A stretch of DNA of 64,000 bases from Acidobacteriota bacterium. GTDB lineage: Bacteria > Acidobacteriota > UBA6911. The stretch is taken from contig OY761556.1 in NCBI GenBank assembly GCA_963664705.1, positions 4,960,001 to 5,024,000 of the forward strand, in the 5' to 3' direction. Position numbers and translations under genes: made by a program. The notes below the pieces were generated by a model. It had not been told where the DNA came from. It saw only the letters and a list, made by a program, of their open reading frames with translations, and did not search any database. Shown piece by piece: positions 48,623 through 58,346 of the stretch (within the stretch, counting starts at the first letter, position 1; each line of letters opens with the position of its first letter).

Positions 48623-51600
48623 TTAGAAACTGAGCCGCGCTCCCAACTGAATCTGGCGGGGATTATTGGTTGTCCCACTGATCTTGCCGAAGTTAGAGCT
48701 GGCGCGATCAACATTCGGTTGTGAGAAAATCGGTGTGTTCGTGAAGTTGAAGAACTCGGCGCGGAATTGAGCCTTCACTCGCTCATGGAGGGTCACCGTC
48801 TTGAAGAGGGAGACATCCAGATTAACCTTGCCATGCGTGCGCAGGTCGGCATAAGTACGCGTTCCGTTGCCGAAGGCGTATGCAGCCACGGTGGTGAACG
48901 CATTGGGATTGATCCATCCGTCATACCGTTGAGACGGGCTGCCAGAGGTAGTCAGTGGAACTCCCGCAACAAGATTGGCCCGCTGATAACCGGTGGTATT
49001 GTTTCGGTTGGTCTGTATAACCTCCAATGGATATCCAGACTGCGTCGAGCCAACGATGTTCAGCGACCATCCGCCGGCCAGCAGATCGAGTGCATTGGAG
49101 CTGCTCGCCCAGCGCTTGCCGCGTCCAAAAGGTAAATCGTAGGAGATTGAAGTGCTGATCCGATGCGGCTGATCCTGGGTGGAACGGCTCCATTCATCCG
49201 CAGGATTATAGGCATTCTGCGGTCCGTTCGTTGTTGAATTGACTTGCCGGTTGCCTTGCACCCAGGCAAGTCCGACGATGTTGTCGTAGTTTTGAGACAG
49301 AGTGTAGGAGGCAAGCAATGCCAGTCCGCTCTTGAATCGTTTCTGTCCCCGGAGATAAAAGGCAAGGTAACGTGAACTGGCCGTATCTGAAGCAGACAGA
49401 TTCACGCGAAGATACTGGGGGTACGGCAACAACAACTGATAGTATGGAATATTTGCCTGTCCCAGCGACGAGCTGCGCGGGACAATGCCATAGAATGGAT
49501 TAGACACCTGGCGATCCAAAACCGCTGAGCCTAGAGAGAAGTAGGAAGGGTCAAGCTGGTTGATGTTGCGATTATCCTGTGTCAGATGCAGCGAGTGCGA
49601 ACCGATGAGACCGGCGGCAAATACCATCCCGCCAAAAGCTTCCCGCTGGAAATCGAGTGAATACTGCTGCACATAACCGCCGGACCGCGTTTTAGGATCC
49701 AGGATATTGATATTTTGTCCCCATGCAGCTGTCTGGGATTTGTCCGCCGGTTGAATTAAGCCGTTCGGATATGGATTAGCCAGGGTTGTGACTCCATCGG
49801 GCAAGCCTTTGATGGCGCCTTCAGCGCTTACAGACGTAACCGCGGTGGTGCCTGCGGGCGCCATCGCTGCTATCTCGAGAGACCATGGGGCCCAGAAAAT
49901 GCCGTAGCCTCCGCGAAGGGCTGTCTTGTCGTTAAAGGCATACGCGAAACCGAAGCGAGGCCCCGGTTTGAGTGTATGGGGATTGGAAGTACGTGTTGGA
50001 TTGTTGTTCTCTCCCGCAAACTGCAAGACACCGCGGACCTGGCGTCCGAGCGCGTTGCTGACCGAAGCACTGATCGGGTTTATCGCATTACTGTCCAAAC
50101 CTACATATATATTGTTATGGTCTTCCGACACACCCGTTTCATGCTCGAAACGCAACCCTAAATTCAGGGTCAGTTTTGGGGTAATGCGAAAATCATCCTG
50201 CACAAAGAACCCATAATAATTGACGGAATCGATAACACGCTTGGATGCAGTATACGGGCCGCTATCGGGAAGTCCGAGCAGGAGGCTTGCCAGCCCGCTG
50301 CCGGTATTCGCGTCATTCGTATTGTATGGGTCGGCGTTGGTAAACAGCGTGGAGAAACCCAGGTTCAGAGCTCCGCCGCCAGGAATGCCGCTGATGCCCA
50401 GAACACGGAAGTCGAATCCCCCTTTCAGGCTATGCCTCCCAAAGAGCTTTGATATCGAGGCATTGAAATTGCGCGTGTAATAAACCGCTTCCGAGGTGTT
50501 GCCGCCGCCGAAACCGGTGTAACCGGCAACCGTAATGCCGGGAAATGCGGGCCGGGCCAAACTGCTTGCCAGCGCCTGCGGAAATCCAAGTTGAGTGATG
50601 TCATACCCTTGATTTTTCGCCGGGTATGACAAATCCCAGAGACGGTTGTATCCCCAACGGATGGCGATGACCGTCGATGGGTTGGGCGTGAGCTGCGCAT
50701 TCGCGGAGGTGGCATCGACCTTCCGTTCCGTGCTGGAACCGCGCGTGGCGATGCGGGTAATCGGATTGTCTGCAGTGCTCCAGGGATATGTGTGGTTTTC
50801 CTGCGTCCCTTGATAAACATACGACGCGGCGGCTTTAAGCCAGGGGGTGAACTGGTGATCGAGTTTTCCGGTATATTGCGCACCATGGTGCGGAGTGCCC
50901 GCGAGTCCAACGTAATTGGGAGTAGAGGAATTGTTGTACCCCTTCCGGGTTGCATTTTCATCCGGATAAATGTTGGCTAGCCTTTGTCCGAGCGCACTGA
51001 TGCGATTGGTGGGAATAGTATTGTTGGGAAATGGGTCACGCATAACCTTCCCGGTCACAGGATCGAGGCGCGTGGTCAGCGGATCGTAAATGATATGTAG
51101 CGTGCCATTCGCATTAAACGTCTGCGAAAAATTACCAGCCCGCTCCAACGCAGTCGGTACAAGATCGGCAACGCTTCCGGAATTTCCTTTTGTATAGCGC
51201 TCCGTAGAGAAGAAGAAAAAGGTCCGATTATGGCCATCGTAAATCTTTGGGATAAGAACCGGGCCGCCAAACGATCCGGCATAAGTGCGCTCATCCGTGT
51301 TCGGCTTTGCCGTTCCATTGCGGTTATTTTCAAACCGGTTGGCCGCCCAGCCGGTTTCGCGATCGTAAAAGACAAGACTTCCGTGCACCCTGTTTTCGCC
51401 GGAACGCAACGAGACATTATATGTACCGCCGCCCGTGCGCCCCACTTCAGCATCATAGGTATTGGCCTGCACTTTCAGATCCTGCGTCGTTTCTGGCGAT
51501 GGAAGAATCAAAACGCGATTGGTGAGATCGGCAAACGAAATGCCGTCGACCAGGAAGTTGTTTCGACGCACGGGACCGCCTGCGATCGATACCTGCGAGG

Positions 51601-52132
51601 TGCTATAGTGGTCATGCATTCGGATGGATTGTTCCCCGCCGGTCCACACAACAGTTGCGGCGAGTCTCGCGGTTAAATAGATATTGCGTCCCAGGTTGGG
51701 CAGATCCACGATTTTTTGATTGTCCAACAGCTGACCGATTGAAGCGTCCGCAATCTGAATCTGCTGCGTTTCCGAGCTCACCGTAACTACTTCGCTGATC
51801 TCGCCAATGTCCAACACCAGATCCAGTGTTACGTTCGCCTGGGTAGAAACAATCACGCCGCGGCGTTCCAGGTGTTTGAAACCCGAGGCCTCAACACTAA
51901 CCGTATAGGTAGCGGGGATAACCGCCGAAAAAACATACTCTCCCTGTTCATTGGTGGCTGTGGTACGGCGTACCTGGGTATTCTCATTAACCAGAGTTAT
52001 CTTGGCTCCTTCCGCTACAGCTCCTGCCGGATCCACCACTCTGCCTCTCAACGATCCTTGAAATGACTGAGACCAGGCAAATGTTGATAATAGGAAAAAT
52101 GAAATTATGATCCTTACAAAGATGCTTCTCAT
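48623..52132 (-). CDS. TonB-dependent receptor (acidobacterial type)
   Basis: LPNLGRN, YDAEVGR, QDDFR, FRAEFFN, terminal Phe; AAAGGGGA upstream of ATG 52132. Confidence 0.92.
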   Translation of the reverse strand: MRSIFVRIIISFFLLSTFAWSQSFQGSLRGRVVDPAGAVAEGAKITLVNENTQVRRTTATNEQGEYVFSAVIPATYTVSVEASGFKHLERRGVIVSTQANVTLDLVLDIGEISEVVTVSSETQQIQIADASIGQLLDNQKIVDLPNLGRNIYLTARLAATVVWTGGEQSIRMHDHYSTSQVSIAGGPVRRNNFLVDGISFADLTNRVLILPSPETTQDLKVQANTYDAEVGRTGGGTYNVSLRSGENRVHGSLVFYDRETGWAANRFENNRNGTAKPNTDERTYAGSFGGPVLIPKIYDGHNRTFFFFSTERYTKGNSGSVADLVPTALERAGNFSQTFNANGTLHIIYDPLTTRLDPVTGKVMRDPFPNNTIPTNRISALGQRLANIYPDENATRKGYNNSSTPNYVGLAGTPHHGAQYTGKLDHQFTPWLKAAASYVYQGTQENHTYPWSTADNPITRIATRGSSTERKVDATSANAQLTPNPSTVIAIRWGYNRLWDLSYPAKNQGYDITQLGFPQALASSLARPAFPGITVAGYTGFGGGNTSEAVYYTRNFNASISKLFGRHSLKGGFDFRVLGISGIPGGGALNLGFSTLFTNADPYNTNDANTGSGLASLLLGLPDSGPYTASKRVIDSVNYYGFFVQDDFRITPKLTLNLGLRFEHETGVSEDHNNIYVGLDSNAINPISASVSNALGRQVRGVLQFAGENNNPTRTSNPHTLKPGPRFGFAYAFNDKTALRGGYGIFWAPWSLEIAAMAPAGTTAVTSVSAEGAIKGLPDGVTTLANPYPNGLIQPADKSQTAAWGQNINILDPKTRSGGYVQQYSLDFQREAFGGMVFAAGLIGSHSLHLTQDNRNINQLDPSYFSLGSAVLDRQVSNPFYGIVPRSSSLGQANIPYYQLLLPYPQYLRVNLSASDTASSRYLAFYLRGQKRFKSGLALLASYTLSQNYDNIVGLAWVQGNRQVNSTTNGPQNAYNPADEWSRSTQDQPHRISTSISYDLPFGRGKRWASSSNALDLLAGGWSLNIVGSTQSGYPLEVIQTNRNNTTGYQRANLVAGVPLTTSGSPSQRYDGWINPNAFTTVAAYAFGNGTRTYADLRTHGKVNLDVSLFKTVTLHERVKAQFRAEFFNFTNTPIFSQPNVDRASSNFGKISGTTNNPRQIQLGARLSF

Positions 52133-52323
52133 GCTTAATCCCCTTTGCGCGAAATGCTCGTGTCCGCTTTTCAGGACAGGAGTGATCGATAACCCGGCCC
52201 GCAATCATTCATGGAGAGACAATCTTGAATGAAGGACCGGCACCAATCACAAACTGCCGTCGGCGCGAATTTTGATGTTTTGTTCCAAACGCATGCGAAA
52301 AACGAATGTGGAATCGCTTAGGA

Positions 52324-52407
52324 TCAACAACAACAGCGCTGGGATTTCAAATCTTTGGGGAACTGAAAGAAGAATTGGTGAGTCTTGTAAATTCTGAGGG
52401 TTCTCAT
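52324..52407 (-). CDS. Cys-rich leader peptide L4, MRTLRIYKTHQFFFQFPKDLKSQRCCC
   Basis: ends TGT-TGT-TGT-TGA; lies between the predicted promoter and the TBDR start, same strand. Confidence 0.72.
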   Translation of the reverse strand: MRTLRIYKTHQFFFQFPKDLKSQRCCC

Positions 52408-52518
52408 GTCAATCGTCCGTGATTGCTGACTTCCGGAGTTCCGGTCAGCCCGCGGATTTATTCACAGCAAGCTCCTGGGACCAGATATCTGGTTAATCCC
52501 CAACAGAACTAATATAAT

Positions 52519-52556
52519 TTCTATGGATATAATATACATTTATCGGAGGCTTTCAA
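52519..52556 (-). promoter_or_regulatory. probable promoter with a degenerate Rrf2 operator
   Basis: TTGAAA-N16-TATTAT on the minus strand; TTCTAT-N7-ATATAC at 52519-52537 (9 of 12 matches). Confidence 0.45.
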
Positions 52557-52769
52557 GAAAAATATTCATAAAAATGTGGCTAAAACGAAAAAGGAAATAG
52601 AAAGACAGGTTTGAGCGGCAGTTCCAGGGCGCAGTTTGCAATAAGGTTGCAGGCTAGAAACCAGTACATCAGGACATTCATGATTCCAAGCGCGATCCAT
52701 CCTGCCGCCGGCGCATAATGCGCAAGCCGACATAGCTGAGTGCTATTTCCGGTAGATCGGATTACTGGC

Positions 52770-52792
52770 GGAAAGGGCTGTTTTCAACAGCC
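52770..52792 (-). terminator. probable terminator of the aminopeptidase gene
   Basis: GGCTGTT-gaa-AACAGCC followed by CTTT on the minus strand. Confidence 0.45.
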
Positions 52793-52838
52793 ATCCACAA
52801 ACGCAAAATGCCAGACTCGGGGCGGCACAGCCATGGAC

Positions 52839-55460
52839 TTATCTTTCAGGTGAATCCGCCAGCGACTGAAGCCACCTCTTCAGGTTGCTCTGTTGCTGGT
52901 TGCGGAATTCGATGCACCCGTTGATGCGGTCGGCCGAGTGCTTCACGGCCTGGTCCGCCGAAGCAACCGGATGTGTGGCGAAGAATTGCTGCACGTCGTC
53001 GCGCGCCTGCTCTGAGCAGAAACTCCCCGTTGAATACACCAGGGCGCTTCCTATCTCCGGTGTGAGCAGGGCGTGGATGGAATCCCAATGCTCCTTGACG
53101 AACTTCCACGCCTGGTCGCGCGTTGACGGCGCGCTCAGCTCGAGTGCGAACTGAATAGCCGCATCCTGATTCCGCACCTTGCCTGAAATGGCATATTCCA
53201 TCGCACGGTTTGCCAACTGCCGATCCTCGAAAGACGCGAGCAGGCTCAGCGCCGTATCCTGCAGTTCCGGGGAGTTCGATGTCTCGTAGACATGCTGCAT
53301 CGTGTCGAACAATTCCGCATCGCCGTTCCGAGCTGCCACAGAAAGCGCGGTCTGACCAAGCGTGGGGTCAACCGACGCCTGATTTTCCAGGTATTTCCGT
53401 GCCATCTCTCTTGCCTGGGCAAGCACATCAGGATCCTTGCCGTAATATCCAAGTATGCGGAACAGGGTCGCGCGCAGCTCGCGCTTATTCGGCGGATCCT
53501 GCGGCGTGGGTGCGCCAAGCCTTTCATACTCAGGCCGGAAGTTCTTCGTCAGCCACGCCGAGATGTCTTGACGCTCCTGGCTACTATTGGCCAGCCGCTG
53601 ATATATCGCATCCACATTGGCGAGGGCTGAGGAAATGACCTCAGCATTCTGGTCAGCCTTGACTGCCTTTACAAGGGCAAGATAGTCGCCAACGGACGCC
53701 TTGTTCGCACGAAGCTGCGCCCACTGGTCGCCCACCAGAGCTATGCGCTCAACCGGCTCGAGACCGGTTTCGACATTCTTCAAAACTTCGGCATAGATTT
53801 CAGCCGGATATGCGCTGCGATAAAAACCGCGCCCGCCGGCGTTGCTAAAGAACAGTGAACCCGCCGGTACTGCTACGCTCGTCGTGTCCGGCCCGACCAG
53901 CGTGCAATCCTGTCCCGCGTTGCTTTTGAAACAAACGGGGATGGTCCATTTCTGTGACGAATCCGGCTTGATGCCGGAACTCAGGAAAAACCGATGTTGC
54001 GAAAGGTCCACCCTGCGGCCCGCCCGTTTGCCGAAACTGATGATGGGCTCGCCCGGCTGCGCTATCAGGCTGTCCATGATCCTGTCTATTGGCTTGTGGC
54101 TGACTGAAGTCTGTACGTTCCAGAAATCCTCAGCGGTCGCGTTGGAATACTGGTGGGCATCGAGATACTTGTGTACGCCCTGGCGGAATGTCTCCTTGCC
54201 CAAATAGTTCTCCACCATGTTCAGAACTGCGCCGGCCTTGCCATAGGAAATCCCGTCGAACATTTGCTCGATTTGCTCCCGCGTATCGGCATGTGCGCGG
54301 ATGGCCCTTGTCGTTGCCTGCGCATCCAGGTTGAGTATGTTTTGTAATCGCGCGGCTTCACGCTGGTCAATGTTCCACTCGGGATGCATAGCCGCCAGGG
54401 GCTTGGTCTCCATCCACGTGGCAAAGCCCTCGTTGAGCCAAACGTTGTCCCACCACTGCATTGTGACAAGGTCTCCAAACCACTGGTGCGCCATCTCGTG
54501 CGCAATCGCCTCGGAGACATTGATTTTCGAGTCCACGGAGGCAGTCTTCGGGTCGATCAGTAATAAGGCTTCGCGATAGGTAATAGCTCCGAAGTTCTCC
54601 ATTGCACCGGCTTCGAAATCCGGAATGCCTATCAAATCGAGCTTGGGCAGTGGGTAACGGATGCCGAAATAATCATTGTAGTAGTGGAGCACATGCCTGG
54701 TCACATCGAGCCCGTAGTGCGTCAAATCCAGTTTTTCGGGCGTGGCGCACACGCCAATCTTCACGCCATCCTGCTCGCCATGCGTGCATTGGAAATCGCC
54801 CACAAGAAATGCCAGCAGGTAAGTGGACATTTTGGGCGTGGTCTCAAATTTCACGCTGTGCTTGTCCGCACCCGGGCCCGGCGTATCGCTTGCCGCGGGC
54901 ATGTTGGAAATTGCGGTATCTCCCTTATCGATCACAAGAGTCACGCTGAAGGTGGCTTTGAATGCCGGTTCATCGAAGCTGGGAAAGGCGCGCCGCGCGT
55001 CCGTCGACTCAAACTGCGTGACTGCATAGTTGTGTCTGGACGTTTTCGATACGTAGAAACCGCGCAGCTCATTGTTCAGGATGCCGCTGTAACATATCGA
55101 AAGCCTGACAGTGCCCGCGGGGATTTTTTCTGGAACCGTGAACGTCGCCTGCTCCTTCTCCTTGTCAGTGGAAACCACGCCGATCTGCTGCTTGCCGCCT
55201 GCGCTGATTGTGACCGACTGGTACTCGATTTCCAACGAGTTCACAGTAATCGACTTTGCCGATTCCTTCAGATCCACATCGATATGTTCCACGCCTTTAA
55301 ATTTCGCTGCTCTCAGGTCAGGCGTGAGCTCAAGCGAATAGTGCTTCGGCCTGACTGTCTGAGGAAGGCGTTCTGCATCGGAGCGCGCAGCCGGCAGCAG
55401 GAAGAGGAGGGCGATTGCGGCCACAGCCCTGCGTGAAACGAATGAAAGCGCTATCATCAT
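52839..55460 (-). CDS. M1-family aminopeptidase, secreted
   Basis: GAMEN, HEMAHQWFG...WLNEG, SYGKAG; ERAP1-like C-terminal domain. Confidence 0.95.
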   Translation of the reverse strand: MMIALSFVSRRAVAAIALLFLLPAARSDAERLPQTVRPKHYSLELTPDLRAAKFKGVEHIDVDLKESAKSITVNSLEIEYQSVTISAGGKQQIGVVSTDKEKEQATFTVPEKIPAGTVRLSICYSGILNNELRGFYVSKTSRHNYAVTQFESTDARRAFPSFDEPAFKATFSVTLVIDKGDTAISNMPAASDTPGPGADKHSVKFETTPKMSTYLLAFLVGDFQCTHGEQDGVKIGVCATPEKLDLTHYGLDVTRHVLHYYNDYFGIRYPLPKLDLIGIPDFEAGAMENFGAITYREALLLIDPKTASVDSKINVSEAIAHEMAHQWFGDLVTMQWWDNVWLNEGFATWMETKPLAAMHPEWNIDQREAARLQNILNLDAQATTRAIRAHADTREQIEQMFDGISYGKAGAVLNMVENYLGKETFRQGVHKYLDAHQYSNATAEDFWNVQTSVSHKPIDRIMDSLIAQPGEPIISFGKRAGRRVDLSQHRFFLSSGIKPDSSQKWTIPVCFKSNAGQDCTLVGPDTTSVAVPAGSLFFSNAGGRGFYRSAYPAEIYAEVLKNVETGLEPVERIALVGDQWAQLRANKASVGDYLALVKAVKADQNAEVISSALANVDAIYQRLANSSQERQDISAWLTKNFRPEYERLGAPTPQDPPNKRELRATLFRILGYYGKDPDVLAQAREMARKYLENQASVDPTLGQTALSVAARNGDAELFDTMQHVYETSNSPELQDTALSLLASFEDRQLANRAMEYAISGKVRNQDAAIQFALELSAPSTRDQAWKFVKEHWDSIHALLTPEIGSALVYSTGSFCSEQARDDVQQFFATHPVASADQAVKHSADRINGCIEFRNQQQSNLKRWLQSLADSPER

Positions 55461-55666
55461 CGGGACCTCGTCGGAGCAATCGTGTTTTCGAGCTGCACTG
55501 CGAACGGAGCCGAGTCAATCGGTCCGGGACACTCACATCTTGCATACAAATGCTTAACACGGGAATTAACCTGGCGCTGTACCCGGAACTCTACCGGGGC
55601 GGTTTCGGAGGCGGATATGGAGCAGGTCCAACCCCGTTTAATCTTCGCAGATTGGCCCCTTTAACC

Positions 55667-56200
55667 TCATTTCAATTTGTGTAGATCCAGCGTTTGGATT
55701 TCAAGCGCATGATGCTTGTGCCAATTTAGTATAACTCTCGATGCGAGAAGCCCTAGTATTCCAGAAATGAGGAGCAGCACGAGAAATGCCGGAATGCCAA
55801 CACCAAAAATGAAAACTGTCCCCAAGACAAAAAGAAGGCCAGGCACACCGCTTCCCACCGATATGTGGTGCATTGAAATGCCGGGGTGGTACGTAACCGC
55901 ATCGTGCACTGATTTATACATGTGAGTTCCTCCTTTCCAGAGCTGCAGTGCAGCTTGAGGATTCTTTCGAAATCTGAAGAAGAGGCGCATCGAACAGACG
56001 ACCTGTCGCCAGTACCAGAGCCTGGCTCCAAAGATCCCGTAGCTGGGGACAATGACGACACTGAAAATTTCCGATAAATCGCCGGAGACGTTATCGCGAA
56101 CCTGCTCAGGGAGGAGGCATAGAAGAAGCCGTTCCGCTGCTACCGGTGGCCTTGCGGCCAAATCTTTCTGCGTCCTGGCATTGTGAGTTCTCTCGCTCAT
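55667..56200 (-). CDS. PadR-associated membrane protein (permease-prefix-like N-terminus)
   Basis: PPVAAERLL...GDLSE...ARLWYWRQV; ATGA overlap with padR. Confidence 0.72.
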   Translation of the reverse strand: MSERTHNARTQKDLAARPPVAAERLLLCLLPEQVRDNVSGDLSEIFSVVIVPSYGIFGARLWYWRQVVCSMRLFFRFRKNPQAALQLWKGGTHMYKSVHDAVTYHPGISMHHISVGSGVPGLLFVLGTVFIFGVGIPAFLVLLLISGILGLLASRVILNWHKHHALEIQTLDLHKLK

Positions 56201-56529
56201 GGTTCGCCCAGTACTGGATCCAATCCAGCCCACATATTGGCTAGTATCTCCCGGGATCGCTTCAATGCCAGCGATCCTTGAGCCGTGATCTTGAAAAAGC
56301 GCTTTGCCCTTCCACCCCGCTCCGGTGTCGGGTCGCCTACCTTTGAGGTGATGTAGCGTTTTGCCTCCAAACGATCCAGCGTCGCATAGACAGCGCCGAG
56401 CATGACCGGTCTTCCGGTACGTTTTTCAATTTCTTCCCATATGGTCACGCCGTAGGCATTCCTGGCCAGGCGCAGCACCGCTAACAGGACTATTTGTTCG
56501 AATTCACCAAGATACTCGCCCTTTGCCAT
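56197..56529 (-). CDS. PadR-family regulator
   Basis: LGEFEQIVLLA, AYGVTI, GAVYATLDRLE, ERGGRAKR. Confidence 0.93.
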   Translation of the reverse strand: MAKGEYLGEFEQIVLLAVLRLARNAYGVTIWEEIEKRTGRPVMLGAVYATLDRLEAKRYITSKVGDPTPERGGRAKRFFKITAQGSLALKRSREILANMWAGLDPVLGEP

Positions 56530-56790
56530 AATCCATCCTTATCTTCTACATTATTGAGGATATATACTAAAAGTCAATGGCCTTTATTATCGGTCGAACA
56601 TGATTGCCTCTCTATGGTGAGACCCGTCTTTGTAAAATGTTACAAAGAGACGGAAGGTTCAGGAAATATTGCCGCGTGTCCTTGTCATAGGGCCCGAGCC
56701 CTAATCAAATCGCTACCACAGGATAATTACAGGTCCGGGAGGATACTCTCTTAGATGTAATATATGGATTATTACTTCAGGAGCGTGCAC

Positions 56791-57228
56791 ATGACGGATC
56801 GATCATTCGTTGAAGATAATCACATTTCGTCTGCGCGTATGCGCACTTTATCATTGAGTTTGACCGAGGAGCAATTGCGCCTGCCGATTGGAAATATGTG
56901 GACAGTCTACTCTGTTTTTGCGCACATTGCCTTCTGGGATTTACGGGTAATGCAGATCCTTGAGAAAACCAAACAAAAAGGAGAACTAGTAGCGCCGGAG
57001 ATTGATGTAGCGGCAAATGACATACTAAATACCCTTTTTCTGGCCATCCCACCTCGCCTTGCTTCCCAAATCGCTTTTCAAACGGCGGAAGCTCTTGATG
57101 GAATGCTTGATATTTTTCCTGAAGATTTGCTTGAACAGGTTCATTCGCGTCAAAAACGTTGGGTATTTCGAGCATTGCACCGCAATGCACATCTGGACCG
57201 TATCGAAACAGCACTGAAAGCCAGGTAG
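56791..57228 (+). CDS. DinB/maleylpyruvate-isomerase-like protein
   Basis: WTV...AHIAFWD and HRNAHL metal-binding pattern; AGGAG upstream. Confidence 0.7.
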   Translation: MTDRSFVEDNHISSARMRTLSLSLTEEQLRLPIGNMWTVYSVFAHIAFWDLRVMQILEKTKQKGELVAPEIDVAANDILNTLFLAIPPRLASQIAFQTAEALDGMLDIFPEDLLEQVHSRQKRWVFRALHRNAHLDRIETALKAR

Positions 57229-57341
57229 CAAATGGCAAATTTGACGATTGTCCCCTCGGGGACCACATCAGTCAGAGTGAGGTCACAAAGATCATTGACC
57301 AATACCAGTCTCTTGCACCGCGCGCTGCAGACGAACTTGCT

Positions 57342-57851
57342 TCATTTCTTCTTCTCGGTTTTTGCGGCGTCGTTCTCGTAGATCGTTACATTAATTCCCG
57401 TAAGTCTTCCAACTACAGCTCCTGCTAAACCAAGTGGAAGCATAAAGATCGCTGCACCCTCCGACCGCTTCATTCCTGTATCCGAACTACCGGCAAATGC
57501 CACGCCGCTGGCTCCAATGCCTGCGCCCACGCCGGCACCGATCCCCAAACCAATCAAGGCCGCCCTACCCCCAGAGCGTCGGCTGATTCGTAGGATTTCT
57601 TCCCTGCTGATATTCATGCTTTTATCGGATTTGATCCGCAGCAGGATCCCGCTTGCATTGGCTTCAACAAACTCGCCTTTGAGCTTTTGCCCCGTTTGGA
57701 GTTGCACGTCGATCTTCTGATGCGTACGGATGCGGCTGACTTGATCCCAGGCTAAGTCCTGGTTTTGGATTGCGGTTGACCTTTGCGCCTGAGCCCACAA
57801 ACCCTGCGCCAATCCAATCAGAAGAACAATCATAACTATTTTGCTTCTCAT
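57342..57851 (-). CDS. hypothetical exported/membrane protein
   Basis: signal peptide, LSm-like beta region and a glycine-zipper-like segment. Confidence 0.65.
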   Translation of the reverse strand: MRSKIVMIVLLIGLAQGLWAQAQRSTAIQNQDLAWDQVSRIRTHQKIDVQLQTGQKLKGEFVEANASGILLRIKSDKSMNISREEILRISRRSGGRAALIGLGIGAGVGAGIGASGVAFAGSSDTGMKRSEGAAIFMLPLGLAGAVVGRLTGINVTIYENDAAKTEKKK

Positions 57852-58099
57852 GGTGTTTTCTCCGTCGATACTTGATACCTGGTAACCTTCTACTCATCCC
57901 ATCTGTTAATGCGACAGTTGTTGCTACAATGGCTCATTTTCCGTTCTCATCATCTACTTAGGTAGTTTGGTTGAGCACGATTACTCGAAGCTTAAAGGGA
58001 AATTTTGCGGCACATGGCAGGTTCGATCCGATTCTGGAAGGTGGAGGATCCACGGATAGTAACTTGATTGCCGGGTCATAGGATGAGGGATGAATAATA

Positions 58100-58330
58100 A
58101 TTTTCGAGCCCGGCCGATCCGGCGATTTCTGGTGGCAGGCGGCGAACTGTTTTAGTGCAAGAATGTAAGCGGTTTCGGTACTCTGAGCATAGTTACGATG
58201 CTGGAGTTCCTCCAGCATCATTTTTCGTAAATGGGTCCTAGAGATCTCCTTTCTCTGTGACCCAACACTATCTCAGCCCGGCGGCAAGCACGCGGAGCGT
58301 CCGCCGCGCTAGCGGCTTCGTTCAAACGGC
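58100..58330 (-). mobile_element. remnant of a tyrosine integrase (N-terminal SAM-like domain) and its upstream end
   Basis: AAGGAG, then AGG-THLRKMMLEELQHRNYAQST...FA...SPDRPG; the start codon appears mutated and there is no catalytic domain. Confidence 0.7.
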
Positions 58331-58346
58331 GATCGGGGAAGCTTCG

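Noticed and set aside
52324-52326. L4 ending CCC-TGA read as Sec
   Set aside because: TAA follows one codon later and there is no SECIS
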